Shown here one piece after another: positions 47,768-57,738 of a stretch of 64,000 nt of DNA (positions are counted from its first letter, which is position 1; each line of letters begins with the position of its first letter). Source of the DNA: a virus; the IMG/VR virus record IMGVR_UViG_3300045988_136447, positions 1 to 64,000 of that record. One strand, 5' to 3'. The position numbers and the translations under genes were made by a program. Below the pieces are notes generated by a model that had not been told where the DNA came from, searched no databases, and worked only from the letters and a program-made list of their open reading frames with translations.

Positions 47768-48250
47768 TTACGCCTTGCTGGAAACCATAAGATATGCGCC
47801 CGCACTATCAACATACGCCTTGAAGTTCAACGAAAGACCTTGAGGCGTAGTCTTCATGAACGAAATCCCATCGTCCATAAGCGGGGTAGCTTTCGGCAAG
47901 GTGTAAATTTTCGTATCCGAAGAATCGAGCGGAACCAGTTTCAATTCAGAAGCAATCGATTTCATATCGATTCCGATAGGATCGCTGAATGTGCCGTTAT
48001 CCGCACCCGGAATGAGGTTAAGATTTTCCTCGTTGACCTCACCAAGAATGCAATCAACTGACGCTTCCATCTCTGTGATAATGTCCTTAAGAGGAAGTGA
48101 CGCTTGATCCGGCGTAATCGGTGTAGGTGTCATTGAGATGTTGATCTTGACACTGTCGTTGAGTGTGTATCCAAGGCACCGACTATTGTAAAACAGTGCG
48201 GCAGGCCCCATGTGGATATCGGCAGGATTTCCTTGAAAAACATCAGCCAT
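47768..48250 (-). CDS. major tail (tube) protein candidate
   Basis: Position, size 160 aa. Confidence 0.45.
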   Translation of the reverse strand: MADVFQGNPADIHMGPAALFYNSRCLGYTLNDSVKINISMTPTPITPDQASLPLKDIITEMEASVDCILGEVNEENLNLIPGADNGTFSDPIGIDMKSIASELKLVPLDSSDTKIYTLPKATPLMDDGISFMKTTPQGLSLNFKAYVDSAGAYLMVSSKA

Positions 48251-48263
48251 GGTAATACCTCCG

Positions 48264-48650
48264 TTATTTAGCTGTAATTCTTAAATTAGCCGAAACGGTA
48301 TACGCCGTTTGCGTATTTACCATTATTTTTATCGGCATTGTAATGTACTCTACTTCGGTGTAGATTGCAAGTCCGTTACCTAGCGGATCACCCTTTTTAT
48401 TAAAGTTTTCAGTTATTTTCTGAACATCCGTGACACACTCAGGGCGGCCTTTTCGATTTTCTACGATTCGTGCATTGCATTTGATTAATCCGTGCTGATC
48501 GCTCTCTTGTGATTGAATGTCAGTAACGTATGCGCTGCGATTAACAAGCTGTTCAGGATTATACATTTTATCACATACAATCCCGTCATTGAAAACCGTA
48601 TCACAAAGATCACAAAGGTAATCTTCAATCAATTTTACGTTACTATTCAT
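48264..48650 (-). CDS. tail completion / hypothetical
   Basis: ORF. Confidence 0.35.
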   Translation of the reverse strand: MNSNVKLIEDYLCDLCDTVFNDGIVCDKMYNPEQLVNRSAYVTDIQSQESDQHGLIKCNARIVENRKGRPECVTDVQKITENFNKKGDPLGNGLAIYTEVEYITMPIKIMVNTQTAYTVSANLRITAK

Positions 48651-49317
48651 TCATCTCACCGTCTATCTGATCCGCTGCACGTTCAAGCATAGCATTAATC
48701 ACATCTTCCGACAAGTTTTCGTTATAACTGAAAAGTCGTTTTGCAATACCTTTTGCAAGATTATTGCCCTGTTCGATGTCATACCAAGCACGAGTAAGGA
48801 ATCGGCTACCGACACGTTCACCAACGGCTGCTTCTTTCCTGTGCTTGCGTTTTAATCCATCTTTTGTTTCACCGATGAAATCATCATAGTAATCATGGAT
48901 ATATGCAATCAATTCAGGAGAAGAAGTCGGATACCCTCCGGCAGCGGCTATCTTATCATAACTACTATGCCATGAATCAAGAACACCAACAATCGCAGTT
49001 ATACGCCCTCTGCCCTTGAGACTTGTAATTTCTGGTACAGATACCTTGATAGAATGCTCAAGAGCCCCCGAATAATGCGGAGCACGTGCAATCGCCCCCC
49101 TTCCGACTTCACGTACCGTACTTTTAATTTCCGCAAGGGCGGCTTCGAGCATCTTTTTCTTGATATCGTCTGTAAAGGTCTTCCAGCCTCTGAAATTATG
49201 GGAAAACGTGAATGAATAGCCTTTTGCTTGAATGGAGAAAGATTCAGCATTGCGTATTGCTCTGCCAATAGGAGGATTGTAATCCGCTCCTCTTTCTCCA
49301 AATCTGCCTCTAGCCAT
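48643..49317 (-). CDS. head-tail joining protein candidate
   Basis: ORF in head-tail junction region. Confidence 0.35.
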   Translation of the reverse strand: MARGRFGERGADYNPPIGRAIRNAESFSIQAKGYSFTFSHNFRGWKTFTDDIKKKMLEAALAEIKSTVREVGRGAIARAPHYSGALEHSIKVSVPEITSLKGRGRITAIVGVLDSWHSSYDKIAAAGGYPTSSPELIAYIHDYYDDFIGETKDGLKRKHRKEAAVGERVGSRFLTRAWYDIEQGNNLAKGIAKRLFSYNENLSEDVINAMLERAADQIDGEMNE

Positions 49318-49657
49318 TCGAACACCTTATTGTATAGCCCACAAGTTCACCGTAAATATCAGGTCTTGGGCTGACGCCACTGACATAGTATTCTTTACCG
49401 CGCCACGTACAGACGTCACCAATCTGTGGAGTTGCATGTGATCTAGGATTATCATCCGTATCCGACGTATAGTGAACCAGCGTACCAATGTTTGTAAAAG
49501 CGGCAGAGCCCATCATTGCGAACTCTTCCGTAGACTGACCCCTGAAAATGCCGTAACCAAAACCGATACGAACGCGGGAAATTTCCGCTTCGTCCCGGTC
49601 TTTTACGACTTCAAAGACTTCAATCTTATTTTCTTCTACAACTAAGTGATCTAGCAT
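49310..49657 (-). CDS. head-tail adaptor candidate
   Basis: ORF. Confidence 0.35.
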   Translation of the reverse strand: MLDHLVVEENKIEVFEVVKDRDEAEISRVRIGFGYGIFRGQSTEEFAMMGSAAFTNIGTLVHYTSDTDDNPRSHATPQIGDVCTWRGKEYYVSGVSPRPDIYGELVGYTIRCSNG

Positions 49658-50091
49658 TACCGAATAATCCTGACATCTTGGCAGATCATACCGAGGTATT
49701 TACCCGCCGGGCTGTTTTTGATTACAGAAATGATAGCTCCACCATTATTGCCGCCGTTACCTGTACCGGAAACGTATGTTTCACGACCAATCCCGTCAAC
49801 CGTTACGGATGTGGCTCCAAAAATTCGATTATTTGTAATCTGATTGAGTTTAGCCTTATTTGTATACATGTACACGGCCCACTCAAACACTGCCGCCTGA
49901 TAAGCCGTGTAAGGCTTACTTTGGCTGATTACATTTGAATCGATGTTTGAAGTTCGCAAAGCGGCATTGATGTCATTTTCAGCGGTTTCAATCAAAATCG
50001 CCTTATCCTCAGCACTGATCTTATTCCACACGTCACGGTTCATAAAATTAGTGCTGAAATAATCATCTGCCATTTCAACGGTATTAAGCAT
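49657..50091 (-). CDS. gp6-like head-tail connector protein (start at MLNTVEMADDYF)
   Basis: DDYFS…RDVWNKISAEDKA pattern; upstream part of track ORF overlaps neighbour. Confidence 0.45.
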   Translation of the reverse strand: MLNTVEMADDYFSTNFMNRDVWNKISAEDKAILIETAENDINAALRTSNIDSNVISQSKPYTAYQAAVFEWAVYMYTNKAKLNQITNNRIFGATSVTVDGIGRETYVSGTGNGGNNGGAIISVIKNSPAGKYLGMICQDVRIIR

Positions 50092-50539
50092 TGGGTTTCC
50101 TCTTCCTGAATGTAGGAATGTGGCGATCCAGTTCGCTGTCGTTCTGGGGATCGTACTTCCCTTTACGTTCAGCTTCCTCAAGCGCCTTTGCCTTTCGTTC
50201 CCTTTCTTCTTGTGCCTTAATATCGTCAAACGGATCGACGAAACTTTTCTGCACAAGCCAACTGGAAATTTTACGGACTTCACTCCTTCTGTAATCCGGA
50301 AGCTTGTTTGTAAACTCAACCGGAAATTCAGCTGCATGAGAAGCGATAACAGGCTCAAACGCCTTTCTATCTTTAACTGCGATGTACACTTTGTAGTAGT
50401 CATGGCGTGATGGATTATAATCTTTACGATTCATCCGATGATCCAAGTCCTCGTACAAAATGCTAAAGCAACTAGCATAGAATTGCGCCTGAGGAAATTC
50501 CGTAGGGCTGGCCAGTAAAACAATCCTGCGATCAAACAT
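50084..50539 (-). CDS. hypothetical protein (track start at 50551 is TTG; ATG at 50539 has GGAG RBS)
   Basis: ORF, RBS. Confidence 0.4.
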   Translation of the reverse strand: MFDRRIVLLASPTEFPQAQFYASCFSILYEDLDHRMNRKDYNPSRHDYYKVYIAVKDRKAFEPVIASHAAEFPVEFTNKLPDYRRSEVRKISSWLVQKSFVDPFDDIKAQEERERKAKALEEAERKGKYDPQNDSELDRHIPTFRKRKPNA

Positions 50540-50554
50540 TATGCACTCCAAAAT

Positions 50555-50572
50555 AGGGGCCTTTCGGCCCCT
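50555..50572 (-). terminator. Rho-independent terminator aGGGGCCtttcGGCCCCt followed by U-run on minus strand, directly after capsid gene
   Basis: Perfect GC stem, T-run on transcribed strand. Confidence 0.7.
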
Positions 50573-50584
50573 ATCGGTTCACGA

Positions 50585-51604
50585 TTAGGAAACGATACGA
50601 ACGTTTGTAACCTGCGAAACCTCATCAAGGGCGGCCTTCGACTTGATGAGGACACCGGCCGTAAGCTTTTCGGTATTGACCCACATCTCCCAATTCGACG
50701 AGTTGGAAAGTTCCGAATCCGTAGGATTGGTTCCGACGGTGGACTTGAGCTGGTAGCCCTTGACATAATTCCACATGTCACCCTCACCCTGAAACAGGGA
50801 CGCAAGGTTTTCGTTGCCGACCTGGGTCTGCATGGCAAACTGTGTATTGCCATTATCCCGAAGCGTGACCGCGTTGTCCGTAAGGAACAGCGTTTTGTAC
50901 TTGGTAGCGCCGCTGTCCTGATAGGTGAGCTCGGGGTTATCCGTAACGATAACCGGCTTATTCATGGTGGCCGGAGTGCCGCCATACATCATGAGACCCT
51001 CGCCAAGCGTAAACTTGGTATTGAGAACCTGATCCTTGAACAGGGTGAAAAAGACCGCCGAGTGCATAATCAGAGCCCGGAGACGGCTGGCAGCGTCACC
51101 GAACCGCGCCATCGCGTCAATTTCGGTGGCCATGCTGAAATTCTGCGAACCAGCATCAACGACACAGTTTGTGCGGCTCCCGATGGCGGCAGCGCAAATT
51201 GTGATTGCCTGTTTGACGGTGAATTCCACTTTCTTTTCGGCCAGCTTTCGGCCAACCATGAACATGACTTCATCATTTGTCATGTTGTCGGAAGTCTTGA
51301 AAGCTGTCCACTGCCACGCAACGGGCTTGAACTTCCAAAAGGTCTTGAACGCGGTATGCTCGGCGCGTTCGATCTTTTCAGCAACCTGTGCGCTGTCGGT
51401 AGTGATGTCGCGGCGCTCCATCGTGCCGAAATCACGGAAAAACGCCTCATGCTTTTTCGTGCCTGTGGTGTTTTCCGATTCAAGACGGATCGTACCGCCG
51501 CTGGCGGCATTCAGAATGTTGACAGCGTAAGTCAGCTGCTCAATATAGCCTGTACGCAGATATTGATCGTAAGGCAGGAGGTCAGACAGAAATGTAAGTG
51601 CCAT
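50585..51604 (-). CDS. major capsid protein candidate
   Basis: 339 aa between scaffold and connector; own terminator. Confidence 0.55.
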   Translation of the reverse strand: MALTFLSDLLPYDQYLRTGYIEQLTYAVNILNAASGGTIRLESENTTGTKKHEAFFRDFGTMERRDITTDSAQVAEKIERAEHTAFKTFWKFKPVAWQWTAFKTSDNMTNDEVMFMVGRKLAEKKVEFTVKQAITICAAAIGSRTNCVVDAGSQNFSMATEIDAMARFGDAASRLRALIMHSAVFFTLFKDQVLNTKFTLGEGLMMYGGTPATMNKPVIVTDNPELTYQDSGATKYKTLFLTDNAVTLRDNGNTQFAMQTQVGNENLASLFQGEGDMWNYVKGYQLKSTVGTNPTDSELSNSSNWEMWVNTEKLTAGVLIKSKAALDEVSQVTNVRIVS

Positions 51605-51616
51605 GACTGCAATCCT

Positions 51617-52282
51617 TTACTGTTCGGGAGATTCGCCCTGCTCATTGCGCACCAAATTCAGGTAGGCGTCATTCCCATTTTCTTTAATGTACTTGACTTT
51701 TGTAGCAACATCCCACTGGCTTACCGGAGTTTTGACTTCGGCATGGGCCGGAGGCTGCTTGCCACTCCCCGAACCGCCATTGACCGGAACGAGGCACAAT
51801 TCAGGTTCTTTCTCCTTGACTTCGGAAAGAAACCCTTTGAGCTTTTCGGGATCATTCACATCAACCCCTTCTTTCTGTGCTTTCCACACAAGGTAGTCAG
51901 GATTCTTGAAAATGACACCAAGCTCATTTTTTGTAGCGAGTGTTGTGAACTTCAAGAGATTGCTTGTTTCAGACGCTTTAGTCCGCAATTCGTTATTTTC
52001 CGTAGTCAGGTTTTCAACCTTACCGGAAAGTTCCGAAAGTTGCGCATTGACTTGATCTTGCACTCGCTGTTCCGCTTCCGTTGCCGCAGTCTTGAGTTTC
52101 TCGTTTTCTTCTGTCAGTGTTTTGATTTGAGATTCGAGTTCGCTCTTTTTCTGAGACACCTCATTGAAGCGATACGTAGGACGAAATTCCCTGTCAAAAT
52201 CAGCAATTTCTTCCTGAGTAAGTGCTTCCCCGCGCTTAATCTTCGCCATCAGTTCTTTGTAGTCCATACTGCTCCTTATCAT
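51617..52282 (-). CDS. scaffolding protein
   Basis: Coiled-coil, E/K-rich, between portal and capsid. Confidence 0.55.
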   Translation of the reverse strand: MIRSSMDYKELMAKIKRGEALTQEEIADFDREFRPTYRFNEVSQKKSELESQIKTLTEENEKLKTAATEAEQRVQDQVNAQLSELSGKVENLTTENNELRTKASETSNLLKFTTLATKNELGVIFKNPDYLVWKAQKEGVDVNDPEKLKGFLSEVKEKEPELCLVPVNGGSGSGKQPPAHAEVKTPVSQWDVATKVKYIKENGNDAYLNLVRNEQGESPEQ

Positions 52283-52356
52283 TTTATACGCGGTTTTGTC
52301 CGCTAATCCTTATAATACACTGCAATTCAAAATTTTCAAGTAGGTTTTTACTTATT

Positions 52357-54006
52357 TTACAGATTTTCCCCCTTACTGATTGAAGCTGTTCTACTTTTAG
52401 CATAATCGCTGCGACTGCGGATGCCGTCAGGGGTGCTCCCACTTGCGTCAGTCTTGTGTTTAGCCTTACTGTCAAACGTCATTGGGGCGACTGCCTGTGT
52501 ATTGGCATCAATTTCTTTCTTGATCTTTTCATACACCTCATCAGGCACGTGACGGATTGTGTCAAGGGTATCGAGGGCGGTGATCTTGATCTGTTTCTGA
52601 TACTCATTTCCAGCGTCAAGATTAGCAAACTCAACAATTGCCGCAATCACAGATTTCAATTCGTGAATATCATAATTTGTGTTGTACAGGACTTTCGGAA
52701 TCTTGATCGAGGGATCAAACAGGTTCATGAATTTCCACACTTTGTTCTCAAGTTCCTGCAAGTGGGAAGCGATCCCCGAAAGCTGTGCGGCAAGACTGAT
52801 GTTGTCTGCGGACTTACTTTCCGCAGAAGAGCGCTGTGTCGTATCAACACCAATAAGAAATCCGTACATCTTAATCAGTGTATTGATAAGACGGTCGTCA
52901 TGCTGGATGATGCTTTCGATATTGGCCCCATTCGGTTGAATGTAACGAGAAATGCCCCGTTCTTCCGCATCTTCCGGGATATGCTTGGTACGGGACAGCA
53001 CCAAACTCGCTTCCTGAGCAATGATCTTTTCAACAGCCGGGTCGTTGATGTCCAGTGTGGGATTCTCCTGTTGGAGCTTCATCCTGATACGAACGATCGT
53101 AGATTGAAGGGTAGAGGGGAGAACCAGTTGCCCATAAGTTTGTTTAAGGATATTGGTAAGCAACTCAGATTCCCCCTTAAGTACGGAATCGTGAATTGTA
53201 AGAATATCATCGATTTCAGGTACATTGAAATATCGATTAAACATGATACTGGAATACGGGATGGCAGGAACGACACCAAGGGTATTCACATGCGGATCGC
53301 TGGCGATGATAAGATCAACTGGCTCCGGATCGTCTCCATTGTCAATGATGTAATCAAAAGTCTGCCAGTATTCTTTTGTGTAAAGTGTTCTCCTGAGTTT
53401 TACAACTGGCTTCCTTTTCGGATTGCTTTTTTCAGTGATAGTCTCTTGCCGGATCACCCAACTCAAGCTCCCGTCAGAATCGTAGTCCCAGTCAGGGATA
53501 TCCATAGGAGCAAGGGCCTCCGCATACGGTCTGATTTTGTCTCGTTGCTTCGTCTTGAGGTCAACAAGATTATAGTTGAGTGCTGGATTATCGATGAAAA
53601 CCCAAGCAAGACCATAGATTGTATGATAGTCAAATACTTCGCGCATGACGCTGTTAACGGATTTACTTTTCCGGTCGAAGTCGTCCGCGATATCCGCATT
53701 CACATTTTCTCTGCGCGGCGGTTTTGAGAAAATGTAATCCCCAAATTTACGAGTGCTGTATTTAATCAAATTGATGTTATATGAGTATTGTTTCCGATCG
53801 TTAAACTCTTCATCCGTTTCCGACGGGTGCTTCTGCAATGTATTCTCGATATACGCGCGTCCACCATTGTACGCGCGCGTAGCCTTACACCACAAAGGAA
53901 GAAGTTTACAATAGTACGGATGTTTTCGCGTGAAAACGTAAAAATTAGGGTCATTCGCACTGACAGACGGCACTAGCGAATACAAAGATTCAAGTTCCAT
54001 ATTCAT
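52357..54006 (-). CDS. portal protein
   Basis: 549 aa immediately downstream of TerL. Confidence 0.6.
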   Translation of the reverse strand: MNMELESLYSLVPSVSANDPNFYVFTRKHPYYCKLLPLWCKATRAYNGGRAYIENTLQKHPSETDEEFNDRKQYSYNINLIKYSTRKFGDYIFSKPPRRENVNADIADDFDRKSKSVNSVMREVFDYHTIYGLAWVFIDNPALNYNLVDLKTKQRDKIRPYAEALAPMDIPDWDYDSDGSLSWVIRQETITEKSNPKRKPVVKLRRTLYTKEYWQTFDYIIDNGDDPEPVDLIIASDPHVNTLGVVPAIPYSSIMFNRYFNVPEIDDILTIHDSVLKGESELLTNILKQTYGQLVLPSTLQSTIVRIRMKLQQENPTLDINDPAVEKIIAQEASLVLSRTKHIPEDAEERGISRYIQPNGANIESIIQHDDRLINTLIKMYGFLIGVDTTQRSSAESKSADNISLAAQLSGIASHLQELENKVWKFMNLFDPSIKIPKVLYNTNYDIHELKSVIAAIVEFANLDAGNEYQKQIKITALDTLDTIRHVPDEVYEKIKKEIDANTQAVAPMTFDSKAKHKTDASGSTPDGIRSRSDYAKSRTASISKGENL

Positions 54007-54017
54007 AATTTTCTCCT

Positions 54018-55313
54018 TTAAAACACAAATGCATTCATTTTATCCACACCATAAGAAATATACCGCACGCAGTCGATAACGTCATCATCTATTTTGATGG
54101 GAGATTCCTTATTCGACACTTCGCTGCTGCTTTCATGCCAAGAATAGTTTTGAAACTCCGTGATGATGCTTTCACATGTGTTAAAAACTTGAAGTCTTGG
54201 TTTTCCGGTCTTACGATTGATCATTAATCTCTGGGCGATAGAATTAATCCCATCAGCCACCGACTTATGAGCGGGTTTCGTATAGATACCCTCTGATTGT
54301 AAGTATGCACGATCTGCCGCAGCATGGTCAGCCCATCTTACCATGTAAATATCTTTATTCTTTTTCTGATAGTCGTTGATCTCGTTTGCGGCTTCACGGA
54401 TTGTAATTCCAGATTTTTTAAAATCATGGTAAAAGTACAGAATATCGTTCACAAAGTCATGCGCTGCGCATACAAATGCAAACGGGTGTTTGTACCCAAA
54501 GTCGATCGCTGAAAACTTAGCCCAATACGGGGGTATAGTAAAAGGCTCTACAACGTGTATGCGCTCATCAAATTCTTTGAAAATCTGCCCCTCACCCCCA
54601 CACCACCTGCCATGCAACATTCTTTCTCTTTGAATTTCAGGGAGCGCGTCAAGTGTATCAATGTATCCCGGAGGTAGATTCTCTAGGTTGTCATAGGCTG
54701 TCCAGTGCAACAGAGCGTGTTTATCTGCATCTTTGAGCTTCTTAAACGGCTTGGAAGCAGGATCAAGTAGCTGAACTCCCCAAATGTACAGCCAGTGCCT
54801 TTCAGACTGCGGATTGCAGTCGAGAATCATCTTGTTTACCGCTACAAATGTTCCGGTGATATCTTTCACTTTCTGTGCAAGACGGGTTTTCAGCATGCCG
54901 ATAACTTGATAAGTCATCTGCGTAGCCTCGTTACAGAAAATCGTAATGTACTCAGTACCCAAACATTTCTGCGCTCGATCTTCATCATCAAGACCACCCA
55001 ATACGATTACAGAACCGTTACTGAATTGAACTTTCAACTCAGATTTTACTAGCGTGTATTCGCTATCAGGGATGTACAGATTCAGATACTTGGGCAAGGA
55101 ATCATCCCAAATTGAATTACGTGCGTCAACCAAATTTTTGCGCACAATGAGTTGCCGACTTCCGGGAAACTGAAACGCTCTTCCAATCATATATTCCATA
55201 ATAAGGAAGGTTTTACCGGAGCGTGATCCTCCGGTAAACAAGATCGTTTCCTTATCCGGGTTTTGAAGCAGCTCAAGCCCCGTTTTCTGTTTAGCTGTCA
55301 GCTTTAGCGGCAT
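54018..55313 (-). CDS. terL: terminase large subunit
   Basis: Walker A GGSRSGKT; Walker B-like ITIFCNEA; C-terminal nuclease-size domain. Confidence 0.85.
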   Translation of the reverse strand: MPLKLTAKQKTGLELLQNPDKETILFTGGSRSGKTFLIMEYMIGRAFQFPGSRQLIVRKNLVDARNSIWDDSLPKYLNLYIPDSEYTLVKSELKVQFSNGSVIVLGGLDDEDRAQKCLGTEYITIFCNEATQMTYQVIGMLKTRLAQKVKDITGTFVAVNKMILDCNPQSERHWLYIWGVQLLDPASKPFKKLKDADKHALLHWTAYDNLENLPPGYIDTLDALPEIQRERMLHGRWCGGEGQIFKEFDERIHVVEPFTIPPYWAKFSAIDFGYKHPFAFVCAAHDFVNDILYFYHDFKKSGITIREAANEINDYQKKNKDIYMVRWADHAAADRAYLQSEGIYTKPAHKSVADGINSIAQRLMINRKTGKPRLQVFNTCESIITEFQNYSWHESSSEVSNKESPIKIDDDVIDCVRYISYGVDKMNAFVF

Positions 55314-55710
55314 CTCTTTCCTTATCCTTATTTATCTCTACCGTGAGTTGATGTACAAATTTTCTGTAAATCGATTCCATAAGATAAGTCAATGATTCGT
55401 GTTCTTTTTTGAAATCAATGTTGACTTCATCCAATATATTTATGGCGCAATGTAAAACTTCATGTGCAAGCGAACCGTACTCACTGCACGATCCCGTAAA
55501 TTCAGGCATCCAGATTACATATTTTGTGCCGAAATATTCATGCTGAAAGGTAAATGCACCTGCTGCCCATGTTGAGGGTACTAACCCCTCTGTACTTTCC
55601 AGTCCCTTACACAGTTTGCGAATATAACGATAAAACTTATCGCGCGGCCCCACAAACAAATAACAGGGGGCTGAGTATACATCAACATAGTAAAAATAAC
55701 TACTCTTCAT
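55291..55710 (-). CDS. hypothetical HExxH (zincin-like) protein
   Basis: SLAHEVLHCAINIL. Confidence 0.4.
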   Translation of the reverse strand: MKSSYFYYVDVYSAPCYLFVGPRDKFYRYIRKLCKGLESTEGLVPSTWAAGAFTFQHEYFGTKYVIWMPEFTGSCSEYGSLAHEVLHCAINILDEVNIDFKKEHESLTYLMESIYRKFVHQLTVEINKDKERDAAKADS

Positions 55711-56035
55711 ATCGGGGCTCCATCGCTTCCACTACCCACACATCCTGAAAGTTACCGGTATCCAATAGTGCGGTAGCTATCTCTTCTGCTTCCTCGTAGC
55801 ATGGGAACTCTGTTTTACGGTACCGTTCCGGTACCGTGACTGCTCTTTTATGGTGCATACATATATACAACCTGCGCGGGCTCAGTTTCCGTTGTACCGT
55901 AATAAACCATCTGCGGTTCATTGTAGGCTTCTCTACCGGAACTCCATGCTTTACCATGTTGGCGTATGCATGTTTGCCGCACAGAATGACGCAGGAATCG
56001 TCTTTAAGACTTTCTTCAAGAACAAGTTTGTACAT
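55700..56035 (-). CDS. hypothetical protein (possible terminase small subunit by position)
   Basis: Position upstream of TerL only. Confidence 0.3.
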   Translation of the reverse strand: MYKLVLEESLKDDSCVILCGKHAYANMVKHGVPVEKPTMNRRWFITVQRKLSPRRLYICMHHKRAVTVPERYRKTEFPCYEEAEEIATALLDTGNFQDVWVVEAMEPRYEE

Positions 56036-56037
56036 GG

Positions 56038-56241
56038 TTATACTCTCCTGTTGCTCAATTCGGCATCAAGTCCGGCATTCAAGAAACACATCTGAGCATA
56101 CCAGTTGGTTTTCACGCAGTAATTCCGGCAAACGTCACATGACCTGTTTAGTCTTTTACAGTATAGGTCATCACTGTTGATTCTGATTCCGTACATGCAG
56201 TTTTCACATGCCACATCGCGTATGACTGTCTTGGTTTTCAT
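56038..56241 (-). CDS. small Cys-rich zinc-finger protein
   Basis: CENC…C…CDVC; GGAGA RBS. Confidence 0.4.
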   Translation of the reverse strand: MKTKTVIRDVACENCMYGIRINSDDLYCKRLNRSCDVCRNYCVKTNWYAQMCFLNAGLDAELSNRRV

Positions 56242-56265
56242 ATATCTCCTTTATGGTGTTACTTT

Positions 56266-56293
56266 AATATACTTAGTTATGTTAATTTGTCAA
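56266..56293 (-). promoter_or_regulatory. sigma-70 promoter TTGACA-N16-TATATT driving the minus-strand packaging/structural block
   Basis: Reverse complement read directly. Confidence 0.5.
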
Positions 56294-56335
56294 CCACTGT
56301 AAAAATAAAAAGCAAAAATAAAGTAAAAACCGCAA

Positions 56336-56364
56336 TTGACATTTTTCAGCTGCCATGCTATATT
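56336..56364 (+). promoter_or_regulatory. sigma-70 promoter TTGACA-N17-TGcTATATT driving tRNAs / early genes
   Basis: Perfect -35, extended -10. Confidence 0.6.
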
Positions 56365-56667
56365 AGTTAACGAAGGCGGCTTAGCGGGCTTCAACGCGAC
56401 AGCGCTATGGTCAAATTCCGCGTACCAGCAGCGTTGCCGCCTTACTTTATCAAGGTTACTATGTGGTTTAAGAAAAAGCATTTGTTTGTGTCTTATTTCG
56501 GGTATAAAGATCATACTAACGGCAGGGAATGGGTATTTGGGAATTGTTTTGATTTTCAATTCGAAATCTCAAAGATAACTCCCCGCACTTTGTCGCTTGC
56601 AGAAACCGATATTAAACAAAAATGTGAACTTGATAACGTTGTTATAATCAATTTTAAGTTGTATTAA

Positions 56668-56742
56668 GCCGATTTAGCTCAGTGGTAGAGCAGCAGTTTT
56701 GTAAACTGCCTGTCATCGGTTCAAATCCGATAATCGGCTCCA
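56668..56742 (+). tRNA. tRNA-Thr (anticodon UGU)
   Basis: Cloverleaf folded by hand: 7-bp acceptor GCCGATT/AATCGGC, D GCTC/GAGC, anticodon stem GCAGT/ACTGC loop TTTGTAA, T-loop TTCAAAT, encoded CCA. Confidence 0.75.
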
Positions 56743-56747
56743 AATAT

Positions 56748-56821
56748 GGACGTATGGTGTAACGGCAGCACAGTTGATTTTGGTTCAACTAGCGCAGGCT
56801 CGAATCCTGCTGCGTCTACCA
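56748..56821 (+). tRNA. tRNA, probably Gln (anticodon UUG)
   Basis: T-arm GCAGG-CTCGAAT-CCTGC, anticodon stem GTTGA/TCAAC loop TTTTGGT; acceptor has two G-U pairs, so boundaries are less certain. Confidence 0.55.
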
Positions 56822-56840
56822 TTAATCAAAGGAAATAATT

Positions 56841-56978
56841 ATGCCTGTAAAGAAGTGTCAGAGCGGGAGTAAATCCGGTTACAAGTACGGAGATTCCGGT
56901 AAATGTTACGTAGGAAAAGGAGGGAAAGCAAAGGCAGAAAGCCAAGGCAGGGCGATCAAGGGAAATCAGGGAAAATGA
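56841..56978 (+). CDS. small Lys/Gly-rich protein, 45 aa
   Basis: AAAGGAAATAATT ATG; not in track. Confidence 0.3.
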   Translation: MPVKKCQSGSKSGYKYGDSGKCYVGKGGKAKAESQGRAIKGNQGK

Positions 56979-57136
56979 GCAGTTTAATTGACTACATTGG
57001 CCGCAAGGAGCCCCCCGCGAGTGCCCCAAGCTGCCGGAATCTTGATTGCCTGTACAATGAAGATGGCAAATGCACACAGGGGCTCGCGTGTAAACAGGAT
57101 GAAACTTACGAAAAGAAATGGTTCAAACATGCCTAA
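56975..57136 (+). CDS. small Cys-containing protein, 53 aa
   Basis: ATGA overlap with previous. Confidence 0.3.
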   Translation: MSSLIDYIGRKEPPASAPSCRNLDCLYNEDGKCTQGLACKQDETYEKKWFKHA

Positions 57137-57320
57137 TCAAAAACCAAAACAACAATTTCACAAACTAGTATGCTACAACACGTGTGAGGCGATGCAAATC
57201 CTAGACATGCTGGTACGGCACTGGGATTCAATCGGCATGAAAGTCGTAGACGAAAAATGGAATATCAAATACCGCATCACAACCGTAGAACTCATTACAG
57301 AGAAACACAATGAAGATTAA
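57129..57320 (+). CDS. hypothetical small protein
   Basis: Internal ATG of track ORF 56988-57320. Confidence 0.3.
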   Translation: MPNQKPKQQFHKLVCYNTCEAMQILDMLVRHWDSIGMKVVDEKWNIKYRITTVELITEKHNED

Positions 57321-57738
57321 GTTTAAGAAACTCAGCAAAACCGCTGTTGCCCCGTTTCAGGGGAGTAAATTTGCCGCAGGATTTGATCTTACAGTTGATG
57401 AATTGGAGTTTTCTAACGATCAAATAAAGTATAATTCTAATATTGCAGTTGAAATTCCTGAAGGCTATGTTGGATTATTGTTTCCTAGAAGCAGCGTTTA
57501 CAAGTATCACATCCTACTTACAAACAGTGTCGGGGTGATCGATTCTGACTACAGGGGCCCCATTAAAGCGGTGTTCCAGCGAGAAGAAGCTATCCGCTAT
57601 AAGATTAGCGGATATAGGGTCGGTGAAAGGTTCGCGCAGCTCGTGATCGTTCCTAATCCTAAAGTAGAGTATGTTGAAACGGAAGAACTCAGTGAGACTA
57701 CGCGCGGCACCGGCGGCTATGGGAGTACCGGAAAATGA
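57310..57738 (+). CDS. dut: dUTPase (dUTP diphosphatase)
   Basis: Motifs AAGFDL, FPRSS, GVIDSDYRG. Confidence 0.8.
   Translation: MKIKFKKLSKTAVAPFQGSKFAAGFDLTVDELEFSNDQIKYNSNIAVEIPEGYVGLLFPRSSVYKYHILLTNSVGVIDSDYRGPIKAVFQREEAIRYKISGYRVGERFAQLVIVPNPKVEYVETEELSETTRGTGGYGSTGK

Noticed and set aside
51062-53727. Long plus-strand ORFs (51062-52306, 414 aa; 52456-53727, 423 aa)
   Set aside because: They are antisense to the capsid/scaffold and portal genes, which fit a conserved late-operon order on the minus strand; translations are Phe/Cys/Arg-rich and low-complexity
56290-56667. ORFs 56290-56559(-), 56336-56578(+), 56407-56667(+) in the tRNA leader
   Set aside because: They overlap the divergent promoters, lack RBS, and are compositionally non-coding; treated as leader or possible ncRNA instead
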